A DNA stretch of 63,770 bases, counting the filler, from Octopus bimaculoides (Eukaryota): NCBI RefSeq assembly GCF_001194135.2. It is 3 parts of 3 records of this genome, joined end to end, with 100 filler letters (N's around TTAATTAATTAA, not from the genome) between each part and the next. Parts side by side here need not be neighbours in the genome. Positions count along the whole stretch, not along the records: positions 35,875 to 63,770 come from NC_068983.1; 2 more parts are not named here. One strand, 5' to 3'. Positions 62,167 to 63,770 of this stretch are shown one piece after another. Numbering within the stretch: the first letter of the stretch is position 1; each line of letters begins with the position of its first letter. The notes below the pieces were generated by a model. That model ran no database searches, was not told where the DNA came from, and saw only the letters and a program-made list of their open reading frames with translations. The translations under genes were made by a program, and so were the position numbers.

Positions 62167-62400
62167 TTAAGGACCATTGCGCAACAAGACAATCTGTAAT
62201 AACAACATATATAATAATACTTCTATAACCTCTATAATATCAATAAATTTACTACTGTGAAAGAATTTCTATGACTGCCGTAATATCAATAAATCTACTA
62301 TTGTTATAAAAAAATGAATTACATAAACTTTACCATTGTATTCTTCCGCCTGATATTTCGCGCGCTTTTCGTACCACTATTTAGATGACAAATAAAAAAG
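62167..62400 (-). promoter_or_regulatory. Putative caspase-2 5'UTR/proximal promoter
   Basis: Unique sequence upstream of the putative first exon, with TTTCGCGC (62356-62363) and ATTGCGCAAC (62176-62185). Confidence 0.4.
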
Positions 62401-63024
62401 TAGGAACAACTGTTGCTCAAAAAATAAGTTGTGAAGTTTTATTTTGTTGCAATTGATTGTAATATTTGTTGTTTTTATCGAATCATCTCGTATTTGATGA
62501 TATAAAAGACACGTGAGTATATTAGATGCATCCTAATTTCTTTCGCACATATTTAATGATGAAATGTTCGTTTTATAGGGAAAAAAGAAGTGAGTCATAT
62601 ACCGCCCAATACGTAATCTCTGATCTGATTAATTAACTCTAATGCACGAATATAAAGTATGTTCTATTTCTCTTTTTTTGTTCGTTTATTTATTATTTTT
62701 TTCCCTTTTTGTACTTTGCAAAGACTTACGGCAGTTAAGGGATGGCTTAAAGAAAAACTTAGCGAACATCATTCTCAATGGCATAGACAAGTCTGAAAAG
62801 TGACGAGAAAGAGTTGATTAAAAAAAAATGCTTATCAAAACAAACAATGCCAGGAAATTTGAAGGAAGAAAAGGGAGATTTCAAAAAATCGGATCCGATG
62901 CGTGAAACCGAAAAGATTCCCTACTTTTTTTGTTGTTTTTTTACAGTCCTTACAGTGTCGGACAAAATACCGTGTAAACAATCGTAACTTCCTTTTGTAC
63001 CTCCCTTTATTTATTTATTTTTTT

Positions 63025-63770
63025 ATTATACAGGAACCCCCGTTTTCGGGTACGGGGATTACGAATCTGAAAAAAAATTGGCAAAAATCGGCATTTCAAA
63101 ATTTCAATGCCCTACTTCCCCACTTTCTTCATTTTTCACTTTTTTCAGAAATTTGTTTTTTGTCAAATATGTGGAAAAATACAGAGATTATGAATCTGAA
63201 AAAAATTGTTAGAAAAGTTGTAAGAAATCGGCGAAAATCAAATACCACTTCGGAAAGGAGCTTGGTTTGGCCATAGCAATTTGTCTGTCAAAAAGTTAAA
63301 ATAAAGTTTTCTTTATTGCACTGAAACCTGCGTTCTGAGTGAGATCTTCCGGCCCGCTTCATTTTGTAGATTTTGCTCAGTATAAGTTTTACAAGATGGG
63401 CAACGCATTTGTTTGGTTAGGAGCCCAAGTTCCTGGCAATAACTTTTTTATTTTAACTTTTTTTTAATACCTCTTTTTACCGCGGGAAATTTCTCTGAAA
63501 TTTTATCGCCAAGAAACAAACCCGGCCAGTATGAGATTTTTGTCGAAACTCATCTCCAATCGACTTCTAGGCCATATGAAGCGTAAATGTAAAAAATTTT
63601 ATGAAAAAATGTGTGAAAAAGAGTTTGTCTGAGAATTGGCTGTTATTTCTAGCATGTGGATAGACTGCCTGAAGGTTTATTTAATATGTACGGGAGCAGG
63701 TGGGTTAGGTCTCCGCCATGTACGCCCAATTTTGATTTCGAAGTATTTAAAAAGTTATTTGGAAATCATA
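63025..63770. mobile_element. Unclassified DNA-transposon-like repeat running off the window end
   Basis: Starts TA|cagg. Internal duplicated gatta(c/t)gaatctgaaaaaaa motif. No protein motif. Confidence 0.3.

Noticed and set aside
62902-63276. 124-aa ORF as a possible divergent head-to-head gene
   Set aside because: TTG-type start, Phe/Asn/Lys-biased translation of AT-rich repeat sequence, and no domain or splice pattern.

Overview
AT-rich, gapped and repeat-dense eukaryotic DNA. The SINE, RTE-LINE and microsatellite complement and the gene models point to an octopus (coleoid cephalopod) assembly; the species call is inference. Two host genes can be reconstructed by hand from GT-AG splice sites and matching phases. 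(1) The first three coding exons of dihydropyrimidine dehydrogenase (DPYD, + strand, 5322-22355); no further DPYD exon was found in the remaining 41 kb. (2) An apparently intact CARD-containing caspase-2 homolog (- strand, 8 core exons from 58693 to 41258, 470 aa), with a probable upstream first exon at 62166-62122 and one or two candidate in-frame micro-exons. The rest is transposon material: Tx1/L1, RTE, CR1-like and CRE-like LINE relics, at least three SINE families, two pogo elements each carrying a nested DNA transposon, and mariner, hAT, piggyBac-type and Mutator-type MITEs, Penelope-like fragments and microsatellites. Two 100-bp N44-TTAATTAATTAA-N44 spacers are artificial joins. I found no convincing wholly new biological system. 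The best leads are the possible nesting of caspase-2 antisense inside DPYD intron 3 (or a mis-join), a young TSD-flanked hairpin MITE carrying telomere-type repeats, several near-perfect fold-back inversions in introns, and regulatory features of the caspase-2 prodomain and 5' end. All alignments and comparisons with human proteins were done by eye and from memory.
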